The notes beneath the pieces are model-generated. The model saw nothing but the letters and a program-made list of their open reading frames with translations, made no database searches and was not told where the DNA came from. A stretch of 64,000 nt of DNA from Microcoleus sp. bin48.metabat.b7b8b9.023 (GTDB taxonomy: Bacteria > Cyanobacteriota > Cyanobacteriia > Cyanobacteriales > Microcoleaceae). Shown in pieces: positions 1 to 9,139 of this stretch (its first letter is position 1; the number at the start of each line of letters is the position of its first letter). Location: contig NZ_JAAFKG010000040.1 in assembly GCF_013299185.1 (NCBI RefSeq), positions 2,867 through 66,866 on the forward strand, written 5' to 3'. Made by a program: the position numbers and the translations under genes.

Positions 1-750
1 CGCGAAGTCGGCAGAGGCCCAAATTTAGTATTTTTGCATGGTTCTTGGGGCGACGGCAGTCAGTGGCTGCGGACGATCGAGCTTTTGAGCCCGGACTTCC
101 AATGCTTCGCACCAGATTTGCTGGGCTTTGGCGACTCGGAACACCCAAATGTTAATTATTCGATCGATCTGGAAGTAGAATGTCTCGCCCAATACCTCGA
201 TGCTTTGAACCTGCAACAGGTTTATTTAATTGGTGACTCTTTGGGCGGCTGGGTGGCTGCTAGCTACGCCATCAAATATCCCGATCGAGTTCAGGGTTTA
301 GTGTTATTAGCCCCAGAAGGCGTCAAGGCTGGCAACCAGGGGGGGCGGTGGCAGACGGCTAGCTGGCTGATCGCTCAACCTCCGTTGGCATACTGGTTGT
401 TGCGATCGATCTATCCAATTGCTAAGTTGCTGGGGGGTCAAAAGCAGATTGACAGACTGCTAAACTTGAGACAGCAGTTGATGCAGTCCCCAGTTGCCGT
501 GCAGTTGCTGTTCGGGCGGCGGCGGCCTGAAATTATAGCAGATTTAGTTGATGAGAATTTGGCCTTGCTGAAAGCGCCTGTTTTGGTTTTGCAAGGTTCT
601 GAAGATACCCCCGCAGCTTTGTCTCTGTGTCAATCCTATGCTGCTCTGGCTCCTAATGCCGAACTGCAATCTGTCAGTCCGGGAGACATCAATTTGCCGC
701 AGGAAGTCCCGGATATTGTTGCTCGCTATATTCGCCAGTTTGCCAAATGA
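1..750 (+). CDS. alpha/beta-fold hydrolase (5' end cut by window edge)
   Basis: Frame 1 is open from nt 1 (REVGRGPNLVFLHGSWGDG...), so the ATG at 34 is internal. HG oxyanion motif and GDSLGG nucleophile elbow (G-x-S-x-G) are present. Confidence 0.8.
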   Translation, partial: REVGRGPNLVFLHGSWGDGSQWLRTIELLSPDFQCFAPDLLGFGDSEHPNVNYSIDLEVECLAQYLDALNLQQVYLIGDSLGGWVAASYAIKYPDRVQGLVLLAPEGVKAGNQGGRWQTASWLIAQPPLAYWLLRSIYPIAKLLGGQKQIDRLLNLRQQLMQSPVAVQLLFGRRRPEIIADLVDENLALLKAPVLVLQGSEDTPAALSLCQSYAALAPNAELQSVSPGDINLPQEVPDIVARYIRQFAK

Positions 751-797
751 ATTGATAATTGGTCATTAGTCATTAGTCATTGGTACACCTTTAAAAA

Positions 798-933
798 AGG
801 TATGTTGTTGCGCTTGAGCGCTCTTTATATGCAAGAGCGCTTAAGCGCAACAACGTGCCTAATATGCAAGAGCGCTTAAGCGCAACAACGTGCCTAATAT
901 GCAAGAGCGCTTAAGCGCAACAACGTGCCTAAT
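798..933. repeat. Palindromic-core repeat family: one forward copy plus 3 x 35-bp tandem inverted copies
   Basis: 798-825 is aggtatgttgttgcgcttgagcgctctt. 829-933 is (atgcaagagcgcttaagcgcaacaacgtgcctaat) x3 with starts at 829, 864 and 899. The arms are reverse complements of each other. Confidence 0.9.
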
Positions 934-1191
934 AAACATTAACCTGCATAATAGAGCCAGTTGCTGCGTTCAAGACTGTGTTGATTGAGGCGGATTTTTT
1001 CTGTTCTTATTATTCCTATTCCGATTGATTGCAGAGAATTGGTCGCCGTCAACATTTAACAAACTCATATAAATTCAAAAAAAATACAACTGTATGCCCC
1101 TGTTTGAAACCTTTACGGAATCAATCATTACCAATTCTTCAACATCAAATCTCAATCAATTGGTCAATCCCCCAATCCCTCAATCTAAAAT

Positions 1192-2124
1192 CTAAAATGC
1201 TATGATTCCCCAAAAAATAGCCTCTGGTGCGTCAATTACCGAGGAAGCCGTATTGGGAAATAGTGCGGTGAGGTATTTCAATAACAAAATGCGATCGCCC
1301 CCCGTGAGTGCAATTTTGCTATTCGGAAACAACCTCCGCCAATCTTCAATAAAATCCCTAACTCCTGCCACCGCCGCATATACAACCCCGCTTTGAATTG
1401 CCCCAGCAGTATCTGTAGCCCAGCGATGCGGAATGTTTTCTGGTAAGCGTACTGAGGGCAATGCAGCGGTCTTTTTTCCCAACGAGGATAACTGCAAACC
1501 CAAACCCGGTAAGATGGCACCCCCGACTAAATACCTATTGACATTAGCCCCAGTAAATGTTAAAGCTGTACCAGCATCTATAAGTAAAATTGGCCAACCA
1601 AATTGGTTGCCAGCACCCAGTAAAGCTAAAGCTCTGTCAATTCCCAGGGTAGGATAGAGTCCCCCGATCGGTAACTGGTCTAAAGTAATAATTCGGACTT
1701 CAGGATAACTCTGCCAAATTGCTGTTTGCTGGGGAACTACTGAGGCCAAAACTAAAGGTAGCGGCACTACAGAAAGCGTGTGAGGACTAGACACAGCAGG
1801 AGTAGCAGGAAGACCGAGCAGATTTTGAGCCGATATTTGCTCGATCGACCTCATCACCGTTTCCACCAAATATTCCGCTTTTTCTGCCTCACAGAGCCGG
1901 GAAACAGCATCAGCTTTGAGATGCTCAGTATCCCATGTTCTCTCCAAAGTTCTGCCCGTAAATAATCCCCAGTGCAATCGCGAATTGCCGATCGCCAAAG
2001 CTATTTTAACCAGGCTTTTACCTGCCAATCCAGCGATCGGGTTGTCGGTGCCACTTCCCGGGCAAAAATTGTCGGCAATTGAATTTTCCATGTTCATCGA
2101 TCGATCGCGCGCAAACATTATCAC
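1192..2124 (-). CDS. coaX: type III pantothenate kinase
   Basis: IALAIGNSRLHWGLF, LLIDAGTALTF (DxGTA), GGAILPGLGL and LTGGD blocks match the CoaX/ASKHA pattern. Start is uncertain (ATG at 2124, 2118, 2097 or 2091). Confidence 0.7.
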   Translation of the reverse strand: MIMFARDRSMNMENSIADNFCPGSGTDNPIAGLAGKSLVKIALAIGNSRLHWGLFTGRTLERTWDTEHLKADAVSRLCEAEKAEYLVETVMRSIEQISAQNLLGLPATPAVSSPHTLSVVPLPLVLASVVPQQTAIWQSYPEVRIITLDQLPIGGLYPTLGIDRALALLGAGNQFGWPILLIDAGTALTFTGANVNRYLVGGAILPGLGLQLSSLGKKTAALPSVRLPENIPHRWATDTAGAIQSGVVYAAVAGVRDFIEDWRRLFPNSKIALTGGDRILLLKYLTALFPNTASSVIDAPEAIFWGIIAF

Positions 2125-2409
2125 TATAGATAGATTTTAGATTAATTTTATTCGCTTAGGGGGACGGTTAACTCTAATTGACATCTGACGAAAAAGATGG
2201 CGCGTGCCTCATTAGTATTGTCGGCTGCTGAGCCATAATTATTATTGATAAATATTTGTAAAGCAAATAATTGCAATGCTCGGGATATATCATTTATAAT
2301 GTTTTAATATCGTTCTAAATTTGTGGTAGCGACGATCGGCTGGTGGCGGGGTAAGCAAATGTGTAAAAAACCAGAGTCTATCAAAATACTGTACAAGTGC
2401 TGAGTAAAT

Positions 2410-4509
2410 ATGTCTTTAAAAATACAACAACCAGAAACCCCCTGGCAGAGACTGACTGCGCGGTTGCCTGAATCAGGTAACTGGAATCAAGAAGAAGGTC
2501 TTTTGCTGCCGGAAGTAGACCAACAAAAAGCCATCATCGTCCAGATGCAGCAGCAAGTTCAGCTATCAAACTTGCTCAACGAAATTAATAACGAAATTCG
2601 CAGCACCCTTGATATAGAACAGATTTTAACATCAGCCTGCCGATTGCTGGGGCAAGCGCTACAGTGCAGCCGCGCGAGTATTTTAGTCAAAGAATCCAAT
2701 ACAGAAAAAACGTTAGTCACGCGGGGAGAGTACAACGCGGGAGACTATCCCATACAACTGGGGATGAAAGTACCGATTACTAATAACCCGCACTTGGCCG
2801 CAGTCGTATCTGGGCAAGAGTCGCTAGCATTGACGAAGTTTCTGGATTTTCCGGGGTTGAACGCACAAACCCGAAAAATTGCCGAGGCTTTGGAAATTAA
2901 GTCAATGCTGGCAGTTGCTACTCGCTATCAAGGTGAAGTGAATGGCATAATTGGTTTGCATCAGTGCGATCGCGAACGGGAATGGACTGATTGGGAACGG
3001 CAACTGTTAGAAGGGGTAGCATCGCAATTGGCGATCGCGATCAATCAAGCCAAACTCTACAGCAAAACCCGCCGTCAAGCCGAACGAGAATCTCTGCTGC
3101 GACTGATTGGCAACCAAATTCGCAGTACCCTAGATCTGGGAACTATCCTGCAAACAGCGGTGAGAGAAGTCCGCCAATTGTTGCAGTGCGATCGGGTAAT
3201 TATCTATCAGTTTCAAGACAACTGGCAGGGAACAGTTGTCGTTGAAGATATGACAGTTCCTTGGCCTTCAATTTTAGGAGATATGGGGGCAGATAAGTGT
3301 TTTAGGGGAAATTACGCCGATCTTTACCAGCAAGGGCGAGTCAAAGCAATTAATGATATTTTTCAGGCTGGTTTAGAGCCTTGTCACGTTGATTTTTTAG
3401 ACAGCTTGCAGGTAAAAGCTAATCTGATCGTACCGATTGTTACATCCCAAAACGAAGACCATTCACTTTCTACAGACATAAATTCTCCTGTAAAATTTCC
3501 CGGTAAACTGTGGGGTTTGTTGATTGCTCACGAGTGTCACGATACCCGAAATTGGCAGCGCCAAGAAATGGAGTTGCTGTCGCAGCTAGCCGATCAAATG
3601 GCGATCGCGATTCAGCAAGCAGAACTTTACAGCCAAGTCCGAGAAGCGGCAGTCAAATCTCAAGCTCAAACCCAGCAATTGCAAGCAGCCCTCCAAGAAT
3701 TGCGATCGACACAGCAGCAATTGATTCAAAGCGAAAAAATGTCTGGTTTGGGGCAAATGGTAGCGGGAATTGCTCACGAAATCAACAACGCTAACAATTT
3801 CATCCACGCTAACTTGTTTCACGCTCAAGAATATTTTAAAGTCTTAAACGAAGCTCTAGAATTGTGCGGGAATGCCTGCCCAGAAGCAGCGGAGGCACTT
3901 GTCAAAATCAATGAAGAACTAGAACTCGATTACGTTCGAGATGACTTTGGCAAAATGCTCAATTCGATGCGGGAAGGCAGTGGCAGGATTCGATCGATCG
4001 TGATGACGCTGCGAAATTTTTCTCGCTTAGATCACGCAGAATTTAAAGCTGTGGATTTGCATGAAGGTTTGGAAAGCAGTTTATTGATGCTGCAACATAA
4101 ACTCAAATCAAATATCAAAATTGAAAAACAATACGGAAATCTGCCGCCAGTCAAATGTCATGCCGGTCAAATCAACCAAGTATTTTATAATTTGATGGAC
4201 AATGCCTTAGATGCGATCGACTCAGCCGACAAACCCGGAGAATTAACAATCCGCAGTTGGCTAAGCGAGCCGGACTGGGTAACAATCTCTGTGCGCGATA
4301 CGGGAAGTGGCATTCCGGCGCAGATTCAAGACAAGATTTTCGATCCGTTTTTTACGACTAAACCTGTGGGGAAAGGTACGGGCTTAGGACTTTCGGTGTG
4401 CTATCAGGTAATTGTACAAGCTCACGGCGGCCGGATTCGGTGCGTCAGTCAGGTGGGCGAAGGAACTGAGTTGATAGTGGAGTTACCGCTGACAAATCGG
4501 AAGAATTGA
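2410..4509 (+). CDS. GAF-GAF sensor histidine kinase
   Basis: Two GAF-like blocks (each ending ...LAIAINQAKLY / ...MAIAIQQAELY). H-box GQMVAGIAHEINNANNFI, N-box FYNLMDNALDA, and G-boxes RDTGSGI and GTGLGLSVC. Confidence 0.9.
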   Translation: MSLKIQQPETPWQRLTARLPESGNWNQEEGLLLPEVDQQKAIIVQMQQQVQLSNLLNEINNEIRSTLDIEQILTSACRLLGQALQCSRASILVKESNTEKTLVTRGEYNAGDYPIQLGMKVPITNNPHLAAVVSGQESLALTKFLDFPGLNAQTRKIAEALEIKSMLAVATRYQGEVNGIIGLHQCDREREWTDWERQLLEGVASQLAIAINQAKLYSKTRRQAERESLLRLIGNQIRSTLDLGTILQTAVREVRQLLQCDRVIIYQFQDNWQGTVVVEDMTVPWPSILGDMGADKCFRGNYADLYQQGRVKAINDIFQAGLEPCHVDFLDSLQVKANLIVPIVTSQNEDHSLSTDINSPVKFPGKLWGLLIAHECHDTRNWQRQEMELLSQLADQMAIAIQQAELYSQVREAAVKSQAQTQQLQAALQELRSTQQQLIQSEKMSGLGQMVAGIAHEINNANNFIHANLFHAQEYFKVLNEALELCGNACPEAAEALVKINEELELDYVRDDFGKMLNSMREGSGRIRSIVMTLRNFSRLDHAEFKAVDLHEGLESSLLMLQHKLKSNIKIEKQYGNLPPVKCHAGQINQVFYNLMDNALDAIDSADKPGELTIRSWLSEPDWVTISVRDTGSGIPAQIQDKIFDPFFTTKPVGKGTGLGLSVCYQVIVQAHGGRIRCVSQVGEGTELIVELPLTNRKN

Positions 4510-4562
4510 ATAGCAAGAAATATAGGAAGAAACCGGGTTTCTGAGTTCTGGGTGCGTCCAAT

Positions 4563-4983
4563 TTATTTTAGGGCTTGCTGAATATAAAGTATAAAGCTTG
4601 CCAGAGCAGGCGTTCAAGATTTCTTGGCTCTATCTAAGTGCAAGTTATAGGATTATAGAGGCTCAAAACCCTTCCAATGAAAGTTGTTAGTTTCTGGATA
4701 AATTTGGGATTTTAGCAATAAACCTATTATTTTTTAACCTGAGTTCGGGTTAATTTTTGGACGCTTGGCGGTTAGAAACCGCAGCTATACAGACAAAGTG
4801 TGCCTCCACACACTCTTCTGCAGGCCTCAAAATCTAGTCTGCTCCCGTCAGATCGAGTCTGTGTAGCCACGAATTCCATTCGCCAAGGCACATTCAATGA
4901 TTTCTTATCCCGAACTCAGGTTTTTTAAGGTGTGTAGCCTCGTTTTTCCACTACGCATACTTTTTCAGCAATCCCTAAAATAA
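4563..4983. mobile_element. MITE-like non-coding element (outer inverted repeats)
   Basis: ttattttagggcttgctgaa (4563-4582) versus ttcagcaatccctaaaataa (4964-4983): 20-bp inverted repeat with 1 mismatch. No ORF inside. Confidence 0.4.
4730..4928. mobile_element. Inner MITE-like element nested in the 4563-4983 element
   Basis: aacctgagttcggg (4736-4749) and cccgaactcaggtt (4909-4922) form a perfect 14-bp inverted repeat in T-rich flanks. Further internal inverted segments are present (gctatacagac / gtctgtgtagcc; cgcttggcg / cgccaaggc). Confidence 0.45.
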
Positions 4984-5203
4984 ATCAGATTTGGTGAAAT
5001 GGGGATTTTGTCAAGACCTAATTTGTGGATTTTTCTCAAAATGGTCGTGAAGCGAAGCTATCGGGAGCCTCAATCGCCCTACTCACACATTAATAACTTT
5101 GAAGTTACTTAACAGCGTCATAAGAAATTTTATGAAGATTTACAAAAGAAACGTGTCAGAATGGAAACAATAAGGTAATGGATAACAGACAAGGAGGCAG
5201 AGT

Positions 5204-6931
5204 ATGGTAGCCCTGACTGAACGAGTCCAACGCAGATTGACGGTGGAAAAGGTCGAAATTGCCTCTGATACAACGGCAATTCGATGCCTGGACTGGGATA
5301 GAGACCGTTTTGACATCGAATTCGGGCTCAAAAACGGTACAACTTACAACTCTTTCATCATTCGTGGCGAAAAAACTGCCCTCGTGGATACCTCGCACGA
5401 GAAGTTTCGCCAGCAATATATGGAAACTCTGACGGGGGAAATTGACCCGAAAGAGATTGATTATCTAATTATCAGCCACACTGAACCAGACCACAGCGGT
5501 TTGGTGAAAGATGTGCTGGCTTTGGCGCCCCAGGCGATTGTGGTAGGGGCGAAAGTAGCAATTCAATTTTTAGAAAACCTGATACATCAGCCTTTTGAGC
5601 GACTTGTCGTGAAAAATGGGGACAAACTAGATTTAGGAAATGGCCACGTTATCGAATTTGTGTCGGCGCCGAATTTGCACTGGCCCGATACTATTTTCAG
5701 CTATGACAGCAAAACTCAGGTGATGTTCACCTGCGATGCTTTCGGGATGCACTACTGTTCTGATAGTACCTATGATGACGATTTAGCGGCGGTTGAGGAG
5801 GATTATCACTTTTATTATGAGTGTTTGATGGCTCCAAATGCTCGATCGGTACTCAGTGCAATGAAGCGGATGGCCGAGTTGGGAGAAATCGGTACGGTGG
5901 CAACCGGTCACGGGCCGCTGCTCAGGTACAATGTGGTGGAACTTACCGGACGTTACAAAAAGTGGAGCCAAGAACAAGCTAAGGCAGAAACCACTGTAGC
6001 GGTATTTTACACTTCCGATTACGGATTTAGCGATCGCCTGGCCCAGGCGATCGCCCACGGGATTACCAAAACCGGTGTCGCCGTAGAAATGATGGACTTG
6101 AGAATCGCCGACTTGCAAGAAGTTCGGGAACTTGTCGGTACAGCCGCCGGGATCGTAATTTGTTCGCCACCGAGTAATGGCGCTGCTGCGGAAAATGCCG
6201 AAGCTGCTATTAACACAATTTTAGTTGCAGCTAACAACAAACAATCCTTCGGTTTGTGCGAATCCGGCGGTGGCGATGACGCATCGATTTATCCGCTGCG
6301 AAACAAGTTCAAAGAGTTGGGTTTGAAAGAAGCATTTCCCAACATTTTGATTAAAGAAGCGCCGACGGAAGCGATTTATCAAGTTTGCGACGAAGCCGGT
6401 ACCGACTTGGGACAGTGGCTGTCGCGGGACAAGGCTGTCAAACAGATGAAATCCCTGGATAGCGATGTTGATAAAGCTTTGGGACGTATCAGCGGCGGAT
6501 TGTACATTATTACGGCTCAAAAAGGCGAGGTTAGCAGTGCGATGTTGGCTTCTTGGGTGACGCAGGCCAGCTTTAAACCGTTGGGTTTAACTATAGCAGT
6601 TGCCAAGGATCGGGCGATCGAATCGATGATGCACGCGGGTGATAAATTTGTACTCAACGTGCTGGAAGAAGGCAATTATCAAAGCTTGATGAAGCACTTT
6701 TTGAAGCGTTTTGCCCCAGGTGCCGATCGATTTGCCGGAGTTAAAACTCAACCAGCTACCAACGGTTCTCCGATTTTGACCGATGCTTTGGCCTACATGG
6801 AATGCGAAGTGGTTAGCCGGATGGAACTTTCGGATCATCATATCGTATATGCGACGGTAGATAGCGGTCGCGTATCCAATCCCGAAGCACTGCCGGCAGT
6901 TCACCACCGCAAAGTTGGAAATCACTATTAG
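5204..6931 (+). CDS. flavodiiron protein, canonical diiron site (Flv3/Flv4-type, class C)
   Basis: Metallo-beta-lactamase module with H-x-E-x-D-H (ISHTEPDH), NLHWPD, FTCDAFG and TGHGP. Flavodoxin module (VAVFYTSDYGFSDRLAQAI). C-terminal flavin-reductase module (SAMLASWVTQASFKPLGLTIAV). Confidence 0.9.
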   Translation: MVALTERVQRRLTVEKVEIASDTTAIRCLDWDRDRFDIEFGLKNGTTYNSFIIRGEKTALVDTSHEKFRQQYMETLTGEIDPKEIDYLIISHTEPDHSGLVKDVLALAPQAIVVGAKVAIQFLENLIHQPFERLVVKNGDKLDLGNGHVIEFVSAPNLHWPDTIFSYDSKTQVMFTCDAFGMHYCSDSTYDDDLAAVEEDYHFYYECLMAPNARSVLSAMKRMAELGEIGTVATGHGPLLRYNVVELTGRYKKWSQEQAKAETTVAVFYTSDYGFSDRLAQAIAHGITKTGVAVEMMDLRIADLQEVRELVGTAAGIVICSPPSNGAAAENAEAAINTILVAANNKQSFGLCESGGGDDASIYPLRNKFKELGLKEAFPNILIKEAPTEAIYQVCDEAGTDLGQWLSRDKAVKQMKSLDSDVDKALGRISGGLYIITAQKGEVSSAMLASWVTQASFKPLGLTIAVAKDRAIESMMHAGDKFVLNVLEEGNYQSLMKHFLKRFAPGADRFAGVKTQPATNGSPILTDALAYMECEVVSRMELSDHHIVYATVDSGRVSNPEALPAVHHRKVGNHY

Positions 6932-6995
6932 TCAGTTGACTGTTGACTGTTGACTGTTGTCAGTTGTCAGTTGTCAGTTGTCAGTTGATAGTTAA
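6932..6995. repeat. Heptamer (STRR-like) arrays (CTGTTGA)n then (CAGTTGT)n
   Basis: tcagttgactgttgactgttgactgttgtcagttgtcagttgtcagttgtcagttga begins 1 nt after the flv stop codon. Confidence 0.95.
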
Positions 6996-7065
6996 CAAGT
7001 TGTAGGGGCGGTGGATGGTGCGGGCCCGCCCTCTTATACCAATTTAATGGGTCGTTGCATATATC

Positions 7066-7150
7066 CCGATCCCCCTAAATCCCCCTTAAGAAGGGGGACT
7101 TTGAGCGGAATCTTGTTCCCCCCTTATTAAGGGGGGTTAGGGGGGATCGG
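7066..7150. repeat. C5/G5 palindromic element (CCCCCTTAAGAAGGGGG ... CCCCCCTTATTAAGGGGGG)
   Basis: ccgatccccctaaatcccccttaagaagggggactttgagcggaatcttgttccccccttattaaggggggttaggggggatcgg. A second, inverted copy lies at 63929-64000. Confidence 0.9.
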
Positions 7151-7182
7151 ATTTCGGAATTCGGGAGCAGCCTCATAAATTA

Positions 7183-7245
7183 GTAAGGTGCGTCAGCCGA
7201 AGTTTTATTCGAGTTAATCATCAACTATCTGCTGACGCACCCTAC
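7183..7245. repeat. GGTGCGTCAGC ... GCTGACGCACC hairpin repeat
   Basis: aaggtgcgtcagc and gctgacgcaccctac are separated by about 35 nt. The same arms occur at 52045-52111, and a half copy at about 29527-29540. Confidence 0.85.
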
Positions 7246-7376
7246 ATTTAAACACAGGACGATGCTACTGTATTTCTTCCTTTCTCCCTCTGCGTCCTCT
7301 GCGTCCTCTGCGGTTAATAAAAAAAATCTCATTCACAAAATCAACAGTTTCCCCCTAGCAAACTTAATATAGATAG

Positions 7377-9131
7377 GTGCAATTAATGACTAACACTTTG
7401 ACTCCCAGACTCGGATCTAATACCAAACCCCGCGACGTGCAGTTTGTCCCAATTGCCACCGATACCGCAGCAGTGCGATCGCGCACTTGGGACAGACTAA
7501 AATTTGAAGTAGAATATTCCCTGCAAAGGGGGACAACAGCCAACAGCTATCTCATTCAAGCTGACCAAACTGCTTTGTTCGACCCGCCAGGAGAATCTTT
7601 CACCCAAAATTATCTGGAATCTTTGCAGAAACGGGTGGACTTGAAAACGCTGGATTACATAATTTTGGGGCATTTCAATGCTAACAGATCCGTCACGATC
7701 AAAGCTTTGTTAGAATTGGCTCCGCAAGTAGCTTTTGTTTGCACGAATCCGGCGGCTATTGGTTTGCGATCGGCTTTTCCCGAACAAGAGTTAAATATTA
7801 TGATCGTTCGGGGAGAAGAAACTCTCGATTTAGGTAAAGGTCACAAATTAAAATTCCTGGCGACTCCGACTCCGCGCTGGCCTGATGAACTTTGCACCTA
7901 CGATCCGCAAACTCGAATCGTGTTCACTGACAAATTTTTTGGTTCTCACGTTTGCAGCGATCAAGTATTTGATGAAGGCTGGAGCGTTTACAGCGAAGAT
8001 CGGCGCTATTATTACGATTCCCTGCACGCATCTCAGGCGAAACAAGTGCTGACAGCAATGGATAAATTAGCCGATTTGCCAACAGCATTTTATGCTCCCG
8101 GTCACGGCCCGATCGTCCGTTACGGCCTCCACGAATTGAGCAATTTGTATCGGGAATGGAGCCAACAACAAAATTCAAAGGACTTGACAGTTGCTTTGAT
8201 TTATGCTTCGGCTTATGGCAATACTGCTACTTTGGCGCAGGCGATCGCCAAAGGGATTACGAAGGCCGGTGTTGCTGTAGAAAGCATCAATTGCGAATTT
8301 GCCGAACCGGGAGAAATTCAAGAGGCGATCGAGAAATGCGCCGGATTTATCATCGGTACTCCGACGCTAGCCGGACACGCGCCGACGCAAATTCAAACGG
8401 CTTTGGGCATTGTGTTGTCTACAGCAACTAAGAGCAAATTAGCGGGGGTTTTCGGTTCTTTTGGCTGGAGCGGCGAGGCGATCGACTTAGTGGAAGGAAA
8501 ATTAAAAGATGCTGGCTATCGGATTGGATTTGAGCCGATTCGAGCCAAGTTTAAGCCGACGGCGGCGACGATTCACGAGTGCAAAGAAGCGGGAACGGAT
8601 TTTGCTCAAGCTTTGATTAAGTCGCAAAAATTGCGGGCGCCGAAACCGCAGTTGACTGGTGGGAGCGATCGCACGGAACAAGCTGTAGGAAGATTGGTAG
8701 GTTCCCTGTGCGTACTGTCGGCGCGGCGCGGGGATGTCACGAGTGCGATGTTGGCTTCGTGGGTGTCGCAAGCCACGTTTAGCCCTCCGGGTTTGACGAT
8801 TGCGGTGGCTAAAGATCGATCGATCGAAGCTTTGATGTACGCCGGAGATAAATTTGTGCTCAATATCTTAGCAGAAGGGCGACAGTTGCGGAAGTATTTC
8901 ATGAAAAACTTTGCTCCGGGAGAAGACAGATTTGCCGGAGTTGAAACAACAGAAGCTAGCAACGGCTGTCCGGTTTTGACTGATGCTTTAGCTTATCTCG
9001 AATGCGAAGTGATCGGTCGGATGGAATGTGGCGATCACTGGGTGGTTTATGCGGCGGTTGAAAGCGGTCATTTGTTGAAAAATGACGGGGTGACAGCCGT
9101 ACACTACCGGAAATCTGGGAGTCATTATTAA
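7377..9131 (+). CDS. flavodiiron protein, non-canonical diiron site (Flv1/Flv2-type, class C)
   Basis: Same three-module architecture as 5204-6931, but ligand positions read H-x-N-x-N-R (GHFNANR), PRWPD (R for H) and FTDKFFG (K for D). The track start is GTG 7377; ATG at 7386 is more likely. Confidence 0.9.
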   Translation: MQLMTNTLTPRLGSNTKPRDVQFVPIATDTAAVRSRTWDRLKFEVEYSLQRGTTANSYLIQADQTALFDPPGESFTQNYLESLQKRVDLKTLDYIILGHFNANRSVTIKALLELAPQVAFVCTNPAAIGLRSAFPEQELNIMIVRGEETLDLGKGHKLKFLATPTPRWPDELCTYDPQTRIVFTDKFFGSHVCSDQVFDEGWSVYSEDRRYYYDSLHASQAKQVLTAMDKLADLPTAFYAPGHGPIVRYGLHELSNLYREWSQQQNSKDLTVALIYASAYGNTATLAQAIAKGITKAGVAVESINCEFAEPGEIQEAIEKCAGFIIGTPTLAGHAPTQIQTALGIVLSTATKSKLAGVFGSFGWSGEAIDLVEGKLKDAGYRIGFEPIRAKFKPTAATIHECKEAGTDFAQALIKSQKLRAPKPQLTGGSDRTEQAVGRLVGSLCVLSARRGDVTSAMLASWVSQATFSPPGLTIAVAKDRSIEALMYAGDKFVLNILAEGRQLRKYFMKNFAPGEDRFAGVETTEASNGCPVLTDALAYLECEVIGRMECGDHWVVYAAVESGHLLKNDGVTAVHYRKSGSHY

Positions 9132-9139
9132 GTTGCATT

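Noticed and set aside
4529-4543. The recurrent motif (G)AAACCGGGTTT(C) after several genes (also at ~13139, ~13189, ~26066, ~27258, ~56188), considered as intrinsic terminators.
   Set aside because: The stem is only 4-5 bp with a 1-3-nt loop, too weak for a terminator call. It is recorded as a short dispersed palindrome only.
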